This document shows, piece after piece, positions 20,059 through 29,987 of a DNA stretch of 64,000 bases (position 1 is the stretch's first letter; every line of letters starts with the position of its first letter). Below the pieces are notes generated by a model that did no database searches, was not told the origin of the DNA, and saw nothing but the letters and a program-made list of their open reading frames with translations. Source of the stretch: an uncultured delta proteobacterium (GTDB taxonomy: Bacteria > Myxococcota_A > Polyangia > Polyangiales > Polyangiaceae); assembly GCA_963841435.1 (NCBI GenBank), contig CAWJCS010000003.1, forward strand, positions 1,216,001 through 1,280,000, written 5' to 3'. The position numbers and the translations under genes were made by a program.

Positions 20059-20112
20059 GACCTAAGAGACCGGATCCGGTCCGTCAAGAAAAGCAAATAA
20101 CAACAAATATTC
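20059..20112 (-). promoter_or_regulatory. sigma70-like promoter (TTGACG-17-TAGGTC) with AT-rich UP-like element and a palindrome in the spacer
   Basis: -35 at 20082-20087, -10 at 20059-20064, palindrome GACCGGATCCGGTC at 20068-20081, A-rich tract 20088-20112. Confidence 0.5.
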
Positions 20113-20375
20113 CCGCAGGTTACCGGGAAAAACCTCGTGGAGCATGGAGAGCCGCCTAAGTACCCGTGGCCTCATCGCTTCCAGGAGTCGGCCGCTCGGC
20201 TGCTGGGAAATTCCTGCCCTGGGGTGCCCTGACCCCACCGGCCCCCAGGAAGTCCCCAGGTGGGCCCCAGACGGGCTTCAGTGGCTCGCCGCGGGCTCTC
20301 CGATGGGCGCAACCGAGCGCCGGCCGCGCACGGCGAGAGCCGCACACGGACCGCACGCTCGGCCCCCGCGCGTGA

Positions 20376-21524
20376 TCAGCTCGGGCGCGCTGGCTGCGGC
20401 GACCGCGGTGATTTGGCCGACCCGTTCGCCGCGGGCCGCGCGGGCTCGGCCTCACCTTTTCCCGGCGGCGTGCCCTGGGCGGCCGGTGCAGCCGCCGGCT
20501 CTCCGGCCCTCTTGATGCCGCTGGCCACCAGTACCTTCTGCTCGAGCGTGTCGAGTAAGGCGGGGTGCTGCTCGAGGTAGCCGCGAGCGTTGTCGCGACC
20601 CTGGCCGATGCGCTCGCCGTCGAGCGAGAACCAAGACCCGCTCTTTTGCACGATGTTCAAATCCGACGCCATATCGAGGATTTCGCCCGAGCGGCTCACG
20701 CCCTGCCCGTAGAGGATGTCGAACTCGACTTCGCGGAATGGCGCCGCGAGCTTGTTCTTCACGACCTTCACGCGCGTGCGGTTGCCGACGACGACCATAT
20801 CCTTGCCGGGAGGCCCGGCTTCCTTGATGGCGCCGATGCGACGTACGTCGAGGCGCACCGAGGCATAGAACTTGAGAGCGTTGCCGCCCGACGTCGTCTC
20901 GGGGCTGCCGAACATCACGCCGATTTTCATGCGGATCTGATTGGTAAAGAAGATCAGACACTGAGAGCGCGACACCGAGCCCGTCACCTTGCGGAGCGCC
21001 TGACTCATCAGACGCGCCTGCAGCCCGACGTGCGAGTCACCCATGTCGCCTTCGATCTCGGCCTTGGGAACCAGCGCCGCCACCGAGTCGATCACGACCA
21101 TGTCGACCGCGCCGGAGCGCACCAGCATGTCCGCGATCTCGAGTGCTTGCTCGCCGTAGTCGGGCTGGCTGATGAGAAGCTCGTCCGTCTTCACGCCGAG
21201 CTTCTTCGCGTAGGTCACGTCGAGGGCGTGCTCGGCGTCGATGAACGCGGCGACGCCGCCTCGCCGCTGGACGCTGGCGATGGCGTGCAGCGTCAGCGTC
21301 GTTTTGCCGCTGGATTCCGGCCCATAGACCTCGATGATGCGGCCCCGAGGATAGCCACCGATGCCGAGGGCGATGTCGAGGCCGAGCGAGCCCGAGGGGA
21401 CCACCGGGACGTCGCCGCCGATCTTCTCGCCATCCTTGAGGCGCATGATGGCGCCCTCCCCGAACTCCTTTTGCACGCCTGCGATGGCAAGCTCGAGGGC
21501 CTTGCTCTTCTGCTTTTCCTCCAT
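20376..21524 (-). CDS. recA: recombinase RecA
   Basis: [36 protein letters not shown] 21524. Confidence 0.99.
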   Translation of the reverse strand: MEEKQKSKALELAIAGVQKEFGEGAIMRLKDGEKIGGDVPVVPSGSLGLDIALGIGGYPRGRIIEVYGPESSGKTTLTLHAIASVQRRGGVAAFIDAEHALDVTYAKKLGVKTDELLISQPDYGEQALEIADMLVRSGAVDMVVIDSVAALVPKAEIEGDMGDSHVGLQARLMSQALRKVTGSVSRSQCLIFFTNQIRMKIGVMFGSPETTSGGNALKFYASVRLDVRRIGAIKEAGPPGKDMVVVGNRTRVKVVKNKLAAPFREVEFDILYGQGVSRSGEILDMASDLNIVQKSGSWFSLDGERIGQGRDNARGYLEQHPALLDTLEQKVLVASGIKRAGEPAAAPAAQGTPPGKGEAEPARPAANGSAKSPRSPQPARPS

Positions 21525-21617
21525 GGGACGACCTCGTGTGCCCGCTCGGGGGCGCTTGGGGAAACCCTGACAGCCCGACGCAGGGACTGGCGGTGGGCCT
21601 CCAACTAGGTGGCACAA

Positions 21618-21646
21618 CGGATACTGTGCGGCTGTTCAGATGTCAA
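21618..21646 (-). promoter_or_regulatory. recA promoter with LexA (SOS)-like box in the spacer
   Basis: TTGACA (21641-21646), 17 bp, TATCCG; CTGTGCGGCTGTTCAG (21624-21639) is CTG-N10-CAG with the GTTCAG half-site of the M. xanthus box. Confidence 0.7.
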
Positions 21647-21698
21647 GAAGCCCGGGGCTCCTCCCCGGTCATTCTCTGGCCGTGCTGGCCCCGAGTCC

Positions 21699-21738
21699 TT
21701 GACCTATCGATCGATAGAATTAGACTATCGATCGATAG
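21699..21738 (+). promoter_or_regulatory. promoter (TTGACC-16-TAGACT) overlapped by two identical palindromic operators CTATCGATCGATAG
   Basis: perfect 14-bp palindromes at 21704-21717 and 21725-21738; TetR gene downstream. Confidence 0.8.
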
Positions 21739-21750
21739 GAGAAAGGCCCC

Positions 21751-22044
21751 ATGACCCCTTCCCGTGACACCAAGGTTTTCTATCCGGTCCGCGCCATCGT
21801 GGCCGTCGCGCTCGCCGCGCTCGTCGTGCTTTTGGAGCTCGTCGCGTTCTCGTCGCTCATCATGCCGCTCTTCCCGCTCGTCCCCGTGTTCGTCGCCGTC
21901 ATGCTCGGCAACGCGCTCTGGGTCGCTCACGTGGTTCACTGGGCCGCTTCCCTCGGCCGGCGCGAGCCGCTAAGGAAGATCGGTGTCGAGGCCGCGAGCC
22001 ATGAGACCGCGCCCGCCGCCCGGACCCAAGCGCACGCCGCGTGA
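21751..22044 (+). CDS. small membrane protein (about two TM helices)
   Basis: AGGAG RBS at 21737-21741; hydrophobic stretches; follows operator-bearing promoter. Confidence 0.7.
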   Translation: MTPSRDTKVFYPVRAIVAVALAALVVLLELVAFSSLIMPLFPLVPVFVAVMLGNALWVAHVVHWAASLGRREPLRKIGVEAASHETAPAARTQAHAA

Positions 22045-22633
22045 TCCGCGGCCGCCCGCGCGGCGAGAGGAGGTGCTCGAGGCGGGCCTCGAGCTCGTCG
22101 CCGAGCGCGGCGTCGCCGGAGCCTCGCTCCGGCGCCTCGCCGAGAAGCTCGGCATGAGCCAGCCGAGCCTCTATCACTACTTTCGCAGCAAGGACGACCT
22201 CATCACGCAGATCGTCGAGCACTCGACGACGCGCATGCTGGGCGCGGGCGATGCCCGGAGCGCGCCGGCGCGCGTCGAGGATCTGCCCCGCTTCGTCAAG
22301 GACGGCGTGCTCGGGCTCTACGCCAGCGAAAGTCACCCGCGCTTCGTGCGCTTCTTGTTCCTCGTGGCCATCGAGAGCAAAAAGCACCGCCCGGTCATCG
22401 AGCGCATGTTCGAGGAGCGCCTCAACCCCTCGTTTTCCGCGCTGGCGCAGGCCTTCGCGAAGGACCCTCGCGAGCGCGAGCAGCTCAGGCAGGTGCTGCG
22501 CATGATCGTCTACTCCGTCGGCTTCATGCTGCTCGACGAGCGGGCCTTGCGGCGCCACGCGCAAGCGAGCGCCGACACGCTCGCCTACGCCGAGTGGGCG
22601 GTGACGGCCGGGGAGCGGCTGCTCGCCCGCTGA
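22001..22633 (+). CDS. TetR/AcrR family transcriptional regulator
   Basis: RREEVLEAGLELVAERG..SLRRLAEKLGMSQPSLYHYFRSKDDL HTH; start uncertain. Confidence 0.93.
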   Translation: MRPRPPPGPKRTPRDPRPPARREEVLEAGLELVAERGVAGASLRRLAEKLGMSQPSLYHYFRSKDDLITQIVEHSTTRMLGAGDARSAPARVEDLPRFVKDGVLGLYASESHPRFVRFLFLVAIESKKHRPVIERMFEERLNPSFSALAQAFAKDPREREQLRQVLRMIVYSVGFMLLDERALRRHAQASADTLAYAEWAVTAGERLLAR

Positions 22634-22652
22634 GGCGTGCCCGCGCGCGTCG

Positions 22653-23885
22653 TCACTCGTCGGCGTCCGACTGGCTGATGCGGCGAACCTCGACGCGCTC
22701 GGCGCGGCGCGCGCCCGCGCGCAGCACCGTGTAGCGAAAGTTGCCCTGCTCGACGCTGTCACCGACGCGCGGCACGCGTCCCACGAGCTCGGCGACGAAG
22801 CCCGCCATGGTGACGCTCTCGGTCTCCTCCTCGATGCCGAGCAGCTCGAACACCTTGCGCGTCTCGGCGAGCCCCCTGCAGACGAGCACGTCCGCCGACC
22901 GTCGCACGATGGTCGGATCGACGCGATCGCTCTCGTCCTCGATCTCCCCGACAATCTCCTCGAGCACGTCTTCGAGCGTCACGATGCCCTGCGCCCCGCC
23001 GTACTCGTCGACGATCAGCGCGAGGTGGCGGCGCTCCTCCTGGAACGTCCTGAGGAGCCGTTCGAGCGGCGCGCTCGAGGGGACGACGAGGATGGGGGTC
23101 GAGAGATCGGACAGATCCGTCGAGCCTTTTTCGCGCAGACGAAAGAGCAGGTCCTTCACGAGAACCACGCCCTTCACGCTGTCGAGCTCGCCGTCCGGCG
23201 TGTAGGGGAAGCGGCTGTGCCCCGAGCGGCGCGCCACCTCGAGGTTCTCCTCGAGATCGAGCGCACCCGAAAGCACCACGACGAGCGCGCGTGGGACCAT
23301 CACGTCGTACGCCGTGAGCTCGCGCAGTCGCGCGGCGCCCTCGATCATGTCGGCGAGGCGGGTGCCGAGCGCACCCTCGGAGCGGCCGACGGCGACGAGC
23401 AGGCGGATTTCCTCCATCGAGGTCACGGGGGCCACGACGCCCCCGCGTACGAGCCGCGCGAACAGGTTCGTGATCCAGAGCAACGGCCGCAGGATGAACA
23501 CGAGCCCCGAGACGCCGTAGGCGACGGGCGGGGCAAACTCCTTGGCGAAGGTGACGCCGAGCGTCTTCGGCACGATCTCCGAGAAAATCAGCACGAGGAT
23601 CGTGAACACGAGCGAGAACACCCAGAGCGTCCCCGCGCCGAACAAGTCGACGTAGATCGCGCCGCTCACGGACGCGCCCACGGTGTGCGCGACGGTATGG
23701 AAAGCGACGATCGCGGCGATCGGCAGGTCGATCTCGCGCTTGTAGTGGGACAAGAGCCGCGCCGCGCCCGTCTTGCCGAGCGACTGGATCTGCGCGTGCG
23801 TGAGGCTGAGGATCACCGCCTCGGCGACCGAGCACACGAAGGACACGGCGAGCGACCAGAGCACGGTCGCGACTAGGGTCACCAC
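22653..23885 (-). CDS. CNNM/DUF21-CBS-CorC (hemolysin-family) membrane protein
   Basis: CSVAEA, FSEIVPKT, VMVPR, GHSRFP, VDEYGG..GIVTLEDVLEEIVGEIEDE. Confidence 0.93.
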   Translation of the reverse strand: MVTLVATVLWSLAVSFVCSVAEAVILSLTHAQIQSLGKTGAARLLSHYKREIDLPIAAIVAFHTVAHTVGASVSGAIYVDLFGAGTLWVFSLVFTILVLIFSEIVPKTLGVTFAKEFAPPVAYGVSGLVFILRPLLWITNLFARLVRGGVVAPVTSMEEIRLLVAVGRSEGALGTRLADMIEGAARLRELTAYDVMVPRALVVVLSGALDLEENLEVARRSGHSRFPYTPDGELDSVKGVVLVKDLLFRLREKGSTDLSDLSTPILVVPSSAPLERLLRTFQEERRHLALIVDEYGGAQGIVTLEDVLEEIVGEIEDESDRVDPTIVRRSADVLVCRGLAETRKVFELLGIEEETESVTMAGFVAELVGRVPRVGDSVEQGNFRYTVLRAGARRAERVEVRRISQSDADE

Positions 23886-23946
23886 GGCCGGACCTCGTCG
23901 GCGCGCGCAGGGCGCACCCTCCGACCTCCCTCGGAACCCGGGTGCT

Positions 23947-25083
23947 TCACGCGCGCCGTTGGGCGCCCGCGAGCTTTTGTTGCTGTTCCTGCAGGTACTG
24001 CGCGACCGCGCGGGAGCGCTCGATCGCGAACTGCTTCACCTCGCGGTTCGACGAGCCCGCGAGAGCGTTCAAAAGGCGGGTGACCTTGTCGAGCTGGCGT
24101 TTCTGGAACAAGGCCTCGAAATAGTTGTTCGCGAGCCGTACGTCGTTCGCCATCTTGCTCTCGTGCTTCGAGAGCAGGGCGATGACGGCCTCGAGATCCC
24201 CCTTCTGGCCGTGCAGCGCGGAGAGCGAGATCAGGGCGAGCGGATCGTTCTCGTTGCGCTCGACCGCCTTGTTCGCAAATTCGATGGCGCGCTCACGCGT
24301 CGCCTCGTCGCCGGCGTAGAGGCCCTGCAGCGCGACGTAGGGCGCGGCCGAGCGCTGGTTCGCTTCCTTCGAGGCGAGGTCTTCCACGGCCTTGATGGCA
24401 AGATCCTCGGTCTCGGTGCGCCGCACGAACGAGTAGAGCGCCGCCCAGCCATCGACGCCGCCCGGCGCGAGGGTGATCGCCTTCTCGATGGCGCCGCGCT
24501 CCGATTCCTTGTCGCTCTTGCCCTCGTAGACCTTCGAGAGGTGAAGCAGGGGCAGCGGATTGTCCGGCAAGAGGTTCTGCGCGCCGCGCAGCGTGGCCTC
24601 CGCCTTTTCCCATTTGTCCTGGCGCAGCTGCGTCACGCCGAGCCCGAGCCAATCCTCCCCAGTGCCGCCGAGCGCGACGACCTTCGCGAGCACCTTCTCG
24701 GCCTGCTCGAAGCGCGAGTACTTCACGAGCTCCTGCGCGAGCAGGCGGCCGCGGTTGAGATCGGAGCTGTCGTCGGCCCAGTGCTTCTCGAGCCCCGAGA
24801 CCAGATCGTTCAGGCCAATCGCAATCGGACGGCCGTCGGCGTCCTGCACCTGGACGGCCGGGCCGTTGAAGCCGAGCTCCTTCCACATCTGGTCGATCTC
24901 GAGCGCGACGGGACCTTTCTTGATCGCAGTCGCGAGCTCGTCGCTCGGCTTGGAGAGTGGCAAAACCACGAGTGCGTTGCCGGGCACGCCTCCGGGGAAT
25001 GCGCTCACGGGGGCGACGATGGCGGCGCCGCCCTGGAGCTGGAGGTTCGGGGCGCGCTCGGGGAGAGGATTTTTCTGAGTCAT
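23947..25083 (-). CDS. tetratricopeptide-repeat protein
   Basis: repeated TPR-like helix pairs (WLGLGVTQL..AEATLRGA..PDN); ATG 25083. Confidence 0.75.
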   Translation of the reverse strand: MTQKNPLPERAPNLQLQGGAAIVAPVSAFPGGVPGNALVVLPLSKPSDELATAIKKGPVALEIDQMWKELGFNGPAVQVQDADGRPIAIGLNDLVSGLEKHWADDSSDLNRGRLLAQELVKYSRFEQAEKVLAKVVALGGTGEDWLGLGVTQLRQDKWEKAEATLRGAQNLLPDNPLPLLHLSKVYEGKSDKESERGAIEKAITLAPGGVDGWAALYSFVRRTETEDLAIKAVEDLASKEANQRSAAPYVALQGLYAGDEATRERAIEFANKAVERNENDPLALISLSALHGQKGDLEAVIALLSKHESKMANDVRLANNYFEALFQKRQLDKVTRLLNALAGSSNREVKQFAIERSRAVAQYLQEQQQKLAGAQRRA

Positions 25084-25271
25084 AGAACCAGTGGGTGACG
25101 CGGCGTGCGAGCTTTTCGCCCGCGCGGGTTCACCCGTAGTACGGCGTCTAGCAGCGCGTCCGGGGCCCGGCAATACTAGCTCACGAGGTGGCCGCTACAC
25201 CGCTCGAAATACTCCACACGCCGCCCGATGGCGGCATTCGACGCGCGACGCTATAGTTGATGCTGGTCAGC

Positions 25272-26297
25272 ATGGGCTACGTCGTTGCGGGAATTCTCGG
25301 GTTGGCGTTGCTCATGGTCGTGCACGAGGCCGGCCACCTCATCGCAGCGCGCGCCTTCGGCATGCGAGTGCAGCGCTTCAGCATCGGCTTCGGACCGCCA
25401 CTCTGGCGCTACCAAGCCAAGGGCAGCGAAACGATCTACCAGGTCGCGCTGATCCCGTTCCTCGCCTACGTTCAGATCGCGGGGATGAACCCCTTCGAGG
25501 AAGTCGACCCCGATGACAAGACCAGTTACGCGAACGCGTCACTGGTCGCGCGCATCTCGGCGATCGTCGCGGGGCCGCTCGCGAATTACCTCTTCGCGTC
25601 GGTCTTCTTTTTCGCGGCACTGATGATCGGCGGGCGCGGCGTCCCCACGACGAGCGTGCAGGTACTCGACGGGCCTGCCAAGGCCGCGCACCTCAAGGAC
25701 GGCGACAAGGTCGTCACCATCGACGGCAAGAAGGTCGAAGACTGGGAGGACCTGCGGCAGAAGGTGATGGCGAGCCCCAATCATCCGCTCGAGATCGGCG
25801 TCGTGCGCGAGGGTCGGAAGCTCGTCTTCCAGGTGACGCCGGCCATGAAGGAAGGTCGCGCGATGATCGGCGTGCAGACCCAGGAAAAGCGCGTCCCCGT
25901 CTCGTTTCGCGAGGCGACGATCGAGTCGTTGGTTTGGCCGGCGCGCGTGGTCGAGCAGCTCGTCGTGAGCCTCTCGCGCATCGTCACCGGCAAGGACAAG
26001 CCACAGCTCGCCGGACCGGTCGGCATCGTGAAGGAAACCTCGCGCGCCGCCGAAAAGAGCTGGACGGACTACCTCGCGTGGCTCGGCGTCCTCAGCGCAT
26101 ACCTCGGCGGTTTCAACCTCCTGCCGTTCCCGGCGCTCGACGGCGGTCGCCTCGCCTTCCTGAGCTACGAGGCCATCACGCGCCGCCGCCCCAACGCCCG
26201 CGTCGAGGCACGGGTGCACTTCTTCGGGCTCGTGATGCTGCTGGCGCTCATCGCGGTCGTCAGCGTTTTCGACGTCGCAGACATTCGCGGCAACTGA
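25272..26297 (+). CDS. rseP: site-2 protease RseP (M50 family, PDZ)
   Basis: HEAGH, FSIGFGP, AGPLAN, PDZ GDKVVTIDG, FNLLPFPALDGG. Confidence 0.93.
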   Translation: MGYVVAGILGLALLMVVHEAGHLIAARAFGMRVQRFSIGFGPPLWRYQAKGSETIYQVALIPFLAYVQIAGMNPFEEVDPDDKTSYANASLVARISAIVAGPLANYLFASVFFFAALMIGGRGVPTTSVQVLDGPAKAAHLKDGDKVVTIDGKKVEDWEDLRQKVMASPNHPLEIGVVREGRKLVFQVTPAMKEGRAMIGVQTQEKRVPVSFREATIESLVWPARVVEQLVVSLSRIVTGKDKPQLAGPVGIVKETSRAAEKSWTDYLAWLGVLSAYLGGFNLLPFPALDGGRLAFLSYEAITRRRPNARVEARVHFFGLVMLLALIAVVSVFDVADIRGN

Positions 26298-26330
26298 ACG
26301 CCCCCGCGAGGGCGCGTCGTCGAGAAGGTC

Positions 26331-26915
26331 CTAGCTCGGGGCGTCCGGCCCGGCGGGCTCCCACCAGAGCGACAAGTTGCGTTCCGGTTTTCGCGGCTCT
26401 GTCGCGTAGTGCGAGATGTCGTTGAACAGCATCAAGCGCGCGCGGAGCGGGCCCTTGAAGTCGAGCACGTTCAGGCAAGCGGGGGACTGCTCGAGCCGGT
26501 CTCGGTAGCCGCGCGGATCGATGCCGAGGAGGCTCGCCAGAACGAGCCGTAGCGTGGCCTTGTGCGAAATGACGAGCACCACGTCGTCCGGATGGGCCAG
26601 CACGATGTCGCGGATCACGGGTAGCGCACGCACGATCACGGCGGCTCCCGATTCGCCTCCCGCCGGCGCCACCGTGAACGGATCGGATTCCCAGGCGAGG
26701 TATTCGGCGGTGAAGCGCTGCTCGACCTCCGCCCGTTTGAGGCCCTCGAAGTGGCCGTGTCCGATCTCTCGCAAGCCGTCGCGCTTCTCCACCGCGAGAC
26801 CGTGCGGCCGCGCCAGGATTTCGGCCGTCTCGAGCGTGCGCGAGAGCGGGCTCGAGAACACCCGGCGGACGGGCTGACCGCCCAGACGCTCGGCAAGGGC
26901 TCGAACCTGCGCCCC
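26331..26915 (-). pseudogene. histidine-phosphatase (PGM-family) gene lacking its N-terminal RHG motif
   Basis: GAQVRALAERL..VFSSPLSRTLETA, LREIGHG.FEG, GGES, VISH present; no RHG or upstream start before the neighbouring ABC gene. Confidence 0.65.
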
Positions 26916-26967
26916 GGGATTGTACCAGCTCGGCGGTCGATCCGCCGCGGCGTTGGCGCGACCGTCG

Positions 26968-27687
26968 TCAGCCGGGGGGCCGAGCGTGGCCTTCGCTCCC
27001 GTCCACCCGTCCGCCGCTGAGCGCCCAGGTGACGGCGCCGAGCTCGTGCGACAGCGCCGCGTCGTGCGTCACGATCACGAGCGTGAGCGGCGACACCCTG
27101 GCTTCCCCGTGCAGGCTCGTACCGCGTGCTACCCGCCTCATGAGCTCGCAAACGTCGCGCCGCAACGCCGGGTCGAGCGCGCTCGTGGGCTCGTCGAGCA
27201 GGAGCACTTTGGCGCCCTGGGCGAGCGCGCGCGCGATGGCGACACGCTGGCGCTGACCGCCGGAGAGCTCCGAGGGACGCGCCGCGGCGCGATCACCGAG
27301 CCCCACGAGCTCGAGCAGCGCGCGGGCGTCGCGCTCGGCCTCCGCCCGCGTCACGCGACGCACGACGCGGGGCGCGAGCGTGACGTTGTCGAGCGCCGAG
27401 AGGTGCGGAAAGAGGTGTAGCTCCTGGAACACCATGCCGACGGCGGCGCGCAGGCGCGTGAGCTCGTCCGCCGACGGCCCGGGGCCCGGCCCGAGCGTGA
27501 ACCCGGCCACGTCGATTTGCCCGTGATCGAACGGCTCGAGCCCGTTCAGACAGCGGAGCAGCGTCGATTTCCCCGATCCGGACGCGCCGACAACCGTCAC
27601 GATCGCGCCCTCGGGCGCCTCCGCGTCGACCCCCGCTAGGACGCTGCGCGCGCCGAACCTTTTATGCAAGTCGCGGATGCGAATCAT
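26968..27687 (-). CDS. polar amino-acid ABC transporter ATP-binding protein
   Basis: GASGSGKS, LSGGQRQRVAIARALA, LLDEPTSALD, VTHD. Confidence 0.93.
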   Translation of the reverse strand: MIRIRDLHKRFGARSVLAGVDAEAPEGAIVTVVGASGSGKSTLLRCLNGLEPFDHGQIDVAGFTLGPGPGPSADELTRLRAAVGMVFQELHLFPHLSALDNVTLAPRVVRRVTRAEAERDARALLELVGLGDRAAARPSELSGGQRQRVAIARALAQGAKVLLLDEPTSALDPALRRDVCELMRRVARGTSLHGEARVSPLTLVIVTHDAALSHELGAVTWALSGGRVDGSEGHARPPG

Positions 27688-29191
27688 GCGTGAGGCTCCG
27701 TTCGAGTCGCAGCGAAAGGCGCGCAAGCGGGAAGCTCATGGCAAAGTAGAGCGCGGCGCACGCGAGACCGGGCACGACCCAGTCCCTGAGGTTGACGGCG
27801 GCGATCGTCATGCGTTTGGTGAGCTCCACCACGGTGATGACGCTGACGAGCGAGGAGTCCTTGAGCAGGGCCACGAAGTCGTTGGTGAGCGCCGGAAGCG
27901 CGATGCGAAGCGACTGTGGCAGGAGCACGTGGCGAAGCGACTGGAACGGGCCGAGCCCGAGCGAGCGCGCCGCCTCGGTCTGTCCACGCGGCAAGGCGAG
28001 CAGCGCGCCCCGGTGCACCTCCGCTTCGTACGCCGCATAGTTGAGGCCGAGCCCGAGGATCGCGGCCTCGAAGGGCCCGAGCCGGACGAGCGGCGCGAGG
28101 CCGTAGTAAAGGATGTAGAGCTGGAGGAGAACGGGCGTGCCGCGGAAGATCTCGACGTACGCGGCGGCCGCCCAGCGAATCAGACCCCCACCGTAGCTTC
28201 GCGCGATGGCGAGCGTGAGGCCGAAGGGCAGAGCGATGGCGAAGGCGCCGATCGAGAGCAAGAGCGTCACGAGCGCGCCCTTGAGGAACAGAAGCGCCTG
28301 CGCGAGGTCGAACGGTCGCGGCCCCGGCACCACCGCGACCGACGGCTCGGGCGCGGCGCTCGCGACGGCCGAAGGGCTCGCCGCGGAGGGAACGCTCTCG
28401 GGCTGCGATCGCGAGGGCAGCTCGTCCTGGCGTGCGTCCCACAGCTTGTAGCGAGTGAGGATCTTGCGAAGCTCGCCGTCGGCGATCATCGCGCCGAGCA
28501 GACGATCGATCTCTCGCTTGAGCTCCGGCTGGTCCTGGCGGATGCCGATGACATAGACGCCGCGCGCCACGTCCTCGGGCAAGCAGTGCACGCCTGGCAG
28601 CGGACAGCCGTAAAGGTCGGCGATGACGTTGTCGAGCAGCACGCCATCGACGCGCCCATGGGCGAGATCGAAGTACGGCTCCTGCTGGCCCTCGTAGAGC
28701 ACCACGGAGACCGGTCGCGCCTGCAGGATGTCGTGTGCCACCGTCTGGTTCATCGTCGCGACGCGATGCCCCGAGAGCTCGTCGAGCGACGAGACCTTCG
28801 ACCCCTTGCGCACCGCAAGCGTCTCTCCGTAGACGAAGTACGGAACGCTCAGCAGGATGCGCGCACGCCGGGCCGGGGTGTCTTCGAGGCCGTTGAGCGC
28901 GATGTCGAAATCACCGCGCTCCAGCGCCGGAACGAGGTTCGACCAGTCGTTCTGGGCGAAGCGAGCGCGCACGCCGAGGCGCCGCGCGAGAGCATCGGCG
29001 ATTTCCACCTCGAAACCGCGGATCTTTCCCGAGCCCGACTCGTCCTCGAAAACGTACGGCGCGCCGCCCTGCAAGTCGCCGCCCCAGGCGAGCTCCCCGC
29101 GCTGCTTCAGGGAAGCCACGGCATCCGCATGCGCCACGCGCGCCACCGTCAGCGACGCGAGGGCGATGACGACAAGAAGGAGGGCTCGCAT
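27662..29191 (-). CDS. fused substrate-binding protein (SBP_bac_3) + permease of polar amino-acid ABC transporter
   Basis: signal peptide; GFEVEIA..ALERGDFDIA; FRGTPVLLQL, EAA loop GQTEAARSLG, LLKDSSL. Confidence 0.92.
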   Translation of the reverse strand: MRALLLVVIALASLTVARVAHADAVASLKQRGELAWGGDLQGGAPYVFEDESGSGKIRGFEVEIADALARRLGVRARFAQNDWSNLVPALERGDFDIALNGLEDTPARRARILLSVPYFVYGETLAVRKGSKVSSLDELSGHRVATMNQTVAHDILQARPVSVVLYEGQQEPYFDLAHGRVDGVLLDNVIADLYGCPLPGVHCLPEDVARGVYVIGIRQDQPELKREIDRLLGAMIADGELRKILTRYKLWDARQDELPSRSQPESVPSAASPSAVASAAPEPSVAVVPGPRPFDLAQALLFLKGALVTLLLSIGAFAIALPFGLTLAIARSYGGGLIRWAAAAYVEIFRGTPVLLQLYILYYGLAPLVRLGPFEAAILGLGLNYAAYEAEVHRGALLALPRGQTEAARSLGLGPFQSLRHVLLPQSLRIALPALTNDFVALLKDSSLVSVITVVELTKRMTIAAVNLRDWVVPGLACAALYFAMSFPLARLSLRLERSLTHDSHPRLA

Positions 29192-29267
29192 GAATATCGA
29201 CCCGAACGCCGCTCGCCCGATTCTAACGCGCCCGGGAGCTTCCGTGCCGTGATAGATTCGCGGCCCG

Positions 29268-29906
29268 ATGAGCCGCCTCACGGCGTCGATCCTCTTGGGG
29301 CTTGCCCTCACCGGTGTTGCGTGTCGGCCCGAGCCCGTGCGCCTCGGCGAAGGGCCGCGCGAGTACGTGGCCACCGACTACTCGTCCGTCCTGCGTCAGT
29401 GGACCCGTAGCGCCCAGCTCACGAGCCTGGACGCCATGGACAACGTCCTCACGGTCACGGCGACCTACGAGTCCTGGGACTTTCGCTGGGCCTACGCCGT
29501 CCGCTACAGCGAGGACTACCGCCTCACCGTCGACCAGCGGCAGGCGCTGCTCGAACGGACGCTCGCCGAAACGCGCGATCGGCACCAATTTTACGTGGCG
29601 CTCTACGCCGAGAAGCACAAGTGGAACGACCTCACGGCCGAGCAGCCCGCCTGGATCGTGCGCCTCGTCGACGACGAAGGCACGGAAACCGCCCCCTCCG
29701 AGATCACGTCGATCCGTCGCCCCGGCGCGATCGAGCTCACCTACTTCCCCTACACGTCACCCTGGCGCAGTGCGTTCCGGATCTCGTTTCCGCGCATTCG
29801 CGCTGACGGGCGCCTCACGATCCCTCCTGATGCCCACTGGTTCGGCCTGCGTTTCGCGGGCCCCCAGGGCAACAAGGAGATCGTTTGGCTCATCGACCGC
29901 GGCTGA
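29268..29906 (+). CDS. hypothetical lipoprotein
   Basis: lipobox GVAC after hydrophobic stretch; strong GC3 codon bias. Confidence 0.7.
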   Translation: MSRLTASILLGLALTGVACRPEPVRLGEGPREYVATDYSSVLRQWTRSAQLTSLDAMDNVLTVTATYESWDFRWAYAVRYSEDYRLTVDQRQALLERTLAETRDRHQFYVALYAEKHKWNDLTAEQPAWIVRLVDDEGTETAPSEITSIRRPGAIELTYFPYTSPWRSAFRISFPRIRADGRLTIPPDAHWFGLRFAGPQGNKEIVWLIDRG

Positions 29907-29987
29907 GCGGCCCGGTTCCTGCACTGGCTCCGCGCACGAGACCCGGCGTTCTGCGTCGCGCCCTGGGGCGCCGGCCAGCCCATCGTT

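Noticed and set aside
26893-26912. tRNA T-arm-like GCAGGTTCGAGCCCT on the minus strand (possible att site)
   Set aside because: It encodes the QVRAL segment of the phosphatase; no other tRNA arms or integrase nearby
27662-29191. SBP-permease fusion as a novelty
   Set aside because: Such fusions are well known among polar amino-acid ABC transporters
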